DNA of 64,000 bases from Psammoneis japonica. Lineage: Eukaryota. The notes under the pieces are model-generated. The model ran no database searches, was not told the origin of the DNA, and worked only from the letters and a program-made list of their open reading frames with translations. The translations under genes and the position numbers were made by a program. The stretch is from contig QPGO01000149.1 in the NCBI GenBank assembly GCA_008632985.1, forward strand, positions 62,001 through 126,000, in the 5' to 3' direction. Numbering within the stretch: position 1 is the first letter of the stretch; every line of letters begins with the position of its first letter. Shown in pieces: positions 61,555-64,000 of this stretch.

Positions 61555-62025
61555 AAGTGAGCTGTAGTGGACAGGTTGATAATGTGGAGAAGATTATCAT
61601 TTGTCTGCTGGTCTAGAAAAAAAAGAAATAAGTATCTATTGAAACGTACGTATTGACAATGAAGCAGCTCTAGTGTAGCTAGTTGTATACTTTTTGCTTT
61701 GCTATTAATAGGTTGTCTTGGCATCCACTATGTATGCCGCGATTTCCACGCTTGGAGAGGGATTGGATTTCCACCCCTTCTAGCTAGATGTACGACTATT
61801 GCTTGAACTATTTAGAAACAAAGAAATAGTGCTTTCGGTAGCGACGACAAGCTGTGGCTTCGAAGAATAGCTATTTTATCATAAAGTAGGTATGTACAGT
61901 CAGTAAGCTGGGGGCTTGATTCATTTCCGCAGTCCTTGCTTTTGTATTTGGTCTTGTTTGTACAGTAGTAGCTGTGTTGCTCTATTCCTTGATGATGGCG
62001 CTGGATTGGCTCTTGTCCTCATCCT

Positions 62026-63873
62026 CTACCTTCCCGTGTAGCCATATTCGCGTCCCTTTGTTTTCTTGAGCTCTTCTTCATCAATACCCTGATAGGCTTC
62101 GCCGGCATTGTACCCATGAAACACCTTGGCGGTGATTTCCACCTGAGCGTCATCCGGAACAAGCTCCTTGGGGATTTCCACACGATTGACAATTTTGATT
62201 CCGGTATTGACAATGGCATTGTACTTCATGTCCGACATGCTGATAAAGTTGTGAATTTTGGTAACTCCCAAAAAGTGAAGCGGATCCGGCATGAGTGCCT
62301 GAAAGCGAGTGTCTTGGACACCGGCAACTTGTTCGGTGCACGAAAAGTACTTTTCCGCCGAGTCACCACCTTCTTGGCGTTTGCGAGTATTGTACACCAG
62401 ATACTTGGTCACTTCGCCAAGACTCCGTCCCTCCTTGCGAAAGTAAATGACAATGCCACATCCACCACGCTGGGCCGTCTTGATGCACTCCTCAATGGCA
62501 TGAGTCAGGTAGGGACGACAGGTGCAAATGTCGGATCCAAACACGTCACTGCCATTGCACTCGTCGTGAACGCGGCACGTGAGTTCAATGTCCTCGTCGG
62601 GAATGGTGTCGGGATCACCCCTGACACACACACACACACAAAAGGTAGCACAGGCAGAGTGAGTGACAATAAATTGAATACACAACATAACTGACAAACG
62701 TGAGTTCCGTTGCATTTACCATATATAAATCGTCAATCCTCCGATTGGCGGAAGAAAGATTTTGATATCCGGCCTAGTAATGAGTTCTGGATACATGCCG
62801 TTCGTTTGGCTAGCAGCGGAAGCAACAATCACACAGCGTGAAAAACAAAAACGGAGAATCGCACAAAAAGATTATCCCAAAACTAGCCGGAAACTTACCG
62901 AAAGATGCTTTGACGAAGAAACGGTTCGGTCGTTCCAAAACGACGGGCCACCTCGGGCAAGTACCACACTGGTTCAATCGCCGCCTTGGCAACAATCGAC
63001 TGACCACTCGCCAACAAAATCTTTCCATCCGGCACGAGCCGCCCCGCAGCAACAGCCTCACGGCATTCCGGCAAATCGATATGAGCCTTGGTCACGGCAA
63101 TGGTGGGACGAATGTCCCAACCCTTCTTGAGATAGGCGCCGTACTTTTCCGTAATCAAATGCCCAAACGGATCAATCGTTGCCACCTTTTTCGGATCGGC
63201 CCATGCGGGATGAGGACCAATGTTAAAGACAGGCGACGTCAGCGACAAGTCGGGCAGATAATCGGGATTGAGTTTGCCCGCCGCCACGGCCAAGCCCGTG
63301 TAAATGCAATACGACCCCGAGTGTGCCCCAATGGCGTTGCGCTGATTGGCATGACGCACCGTGCAAATCACGGGACCACGGACATTGGGGTCTGGGTGGC
63401 CCCAACTAATTGGAACCGGGTCGACACCAAATGTGTCAGCGTGGGACGTGAGATTGACACAGTCCATTTCTGTTGTAATTTCGGGAGCTGGAACGTCCTT
63501 ATCGACTGAGAAAGAAACAAAACGAGCAAGACAGAATCAGATGAGGAACAAAAAGTCATTATGAACAACATCGTAAGCACCGAATCAGACGAGAGAAACA
63601 GAGAGAGAGAGAGCCATTGTGATCAAGGAGCTGCAGAGGCTTGTCGCATGGTTTATTCCTTTGGCTCATTCCATGGCATGTGACTTTCTGAAAGTGAGTG
63701 CACACGCACCCGCAACATGCGTGTGCGTGGTCGCTGAAAAATTTGAACAAAGCAGAACTGAACGGTCTCTTGGCTCCACTGCATCGCTCACACTCACCAT
63801 CTTCTGAGTTTGATGTCAGACGAATCTTCTTTCGAGCGCTTCCGGAATGCGGTGACGGTTTTAGGGCTTCCAT
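62026..63873 (-). CDS. GTP cyclohydrolase II family protein, URC1-like; exons 63873-63798, 63505-62899, 62809-62720, 62620-62026
   Basis: RGPVICT...RNAIGAHSGSYCIY, YPELITRPDIKIFLPPIGG, CRVHDECNGSDVFGSDICTCRPYL, YFRKEGRSLGEVTKYLVYN; three GT-AG introns with consistent phases. Confidence 0.92.
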
Positions 63874-64000
63874 GTTGGTCGTTGGGGGACAAGCAACAAT
63901 GTTTTGTGTTTGTTGATTGTTGACGTCGTTGCGATCGGCATCGGAATCGAAATTCGAATTCTGCCGAATCTTCCAATCAGATCGCAAGCTTCAACCTTTA

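Overview
Eukaryotic, intron-containing (GT-AG) genomic DNA, most likely from a diatom or close photosynthetic stramenopile: several genes carry bipartite signal+ASAFAP-type plastid presequences and the TE remnants resemble diatom families. Ordinary genes include plastid SecA, RPS13/RPS4 (head to head), a URC1-like GTP cyclohydrolase II, serine acetyltransferase, a calmodulin-like protein, TLDc, LON-N, Gfo/Idh/MocA, bZIP, an MsrB-like gene and a sulfotransferase-glycosyltransferase fusion. The most striking signal is three blocks (~26.3-28.6, ~31.3-41.2, ~56.4-59.2 kb) containing TE remnants in which both CpG and TpA are almost absent and TpG/CpA abound. Three internal duplications (a gene triplet, the two LTRs of a 447-bp TRIM-like element, a local repeat) show CG->TG/CA and, unexpectedly, TA->TG/CA transitions, pointing to a region-targeted double-dinucleotide hypermutation unlike fungal RIP. 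Also notable: two adjacent giant, plastid-targeted, motif-repeat proteins sharing a small helical module (possible condensate/pyrenoid scaffolds). Many frameshifts in the first 22 kb are probably assembly indels. All calls were made by eye; no searches were run.
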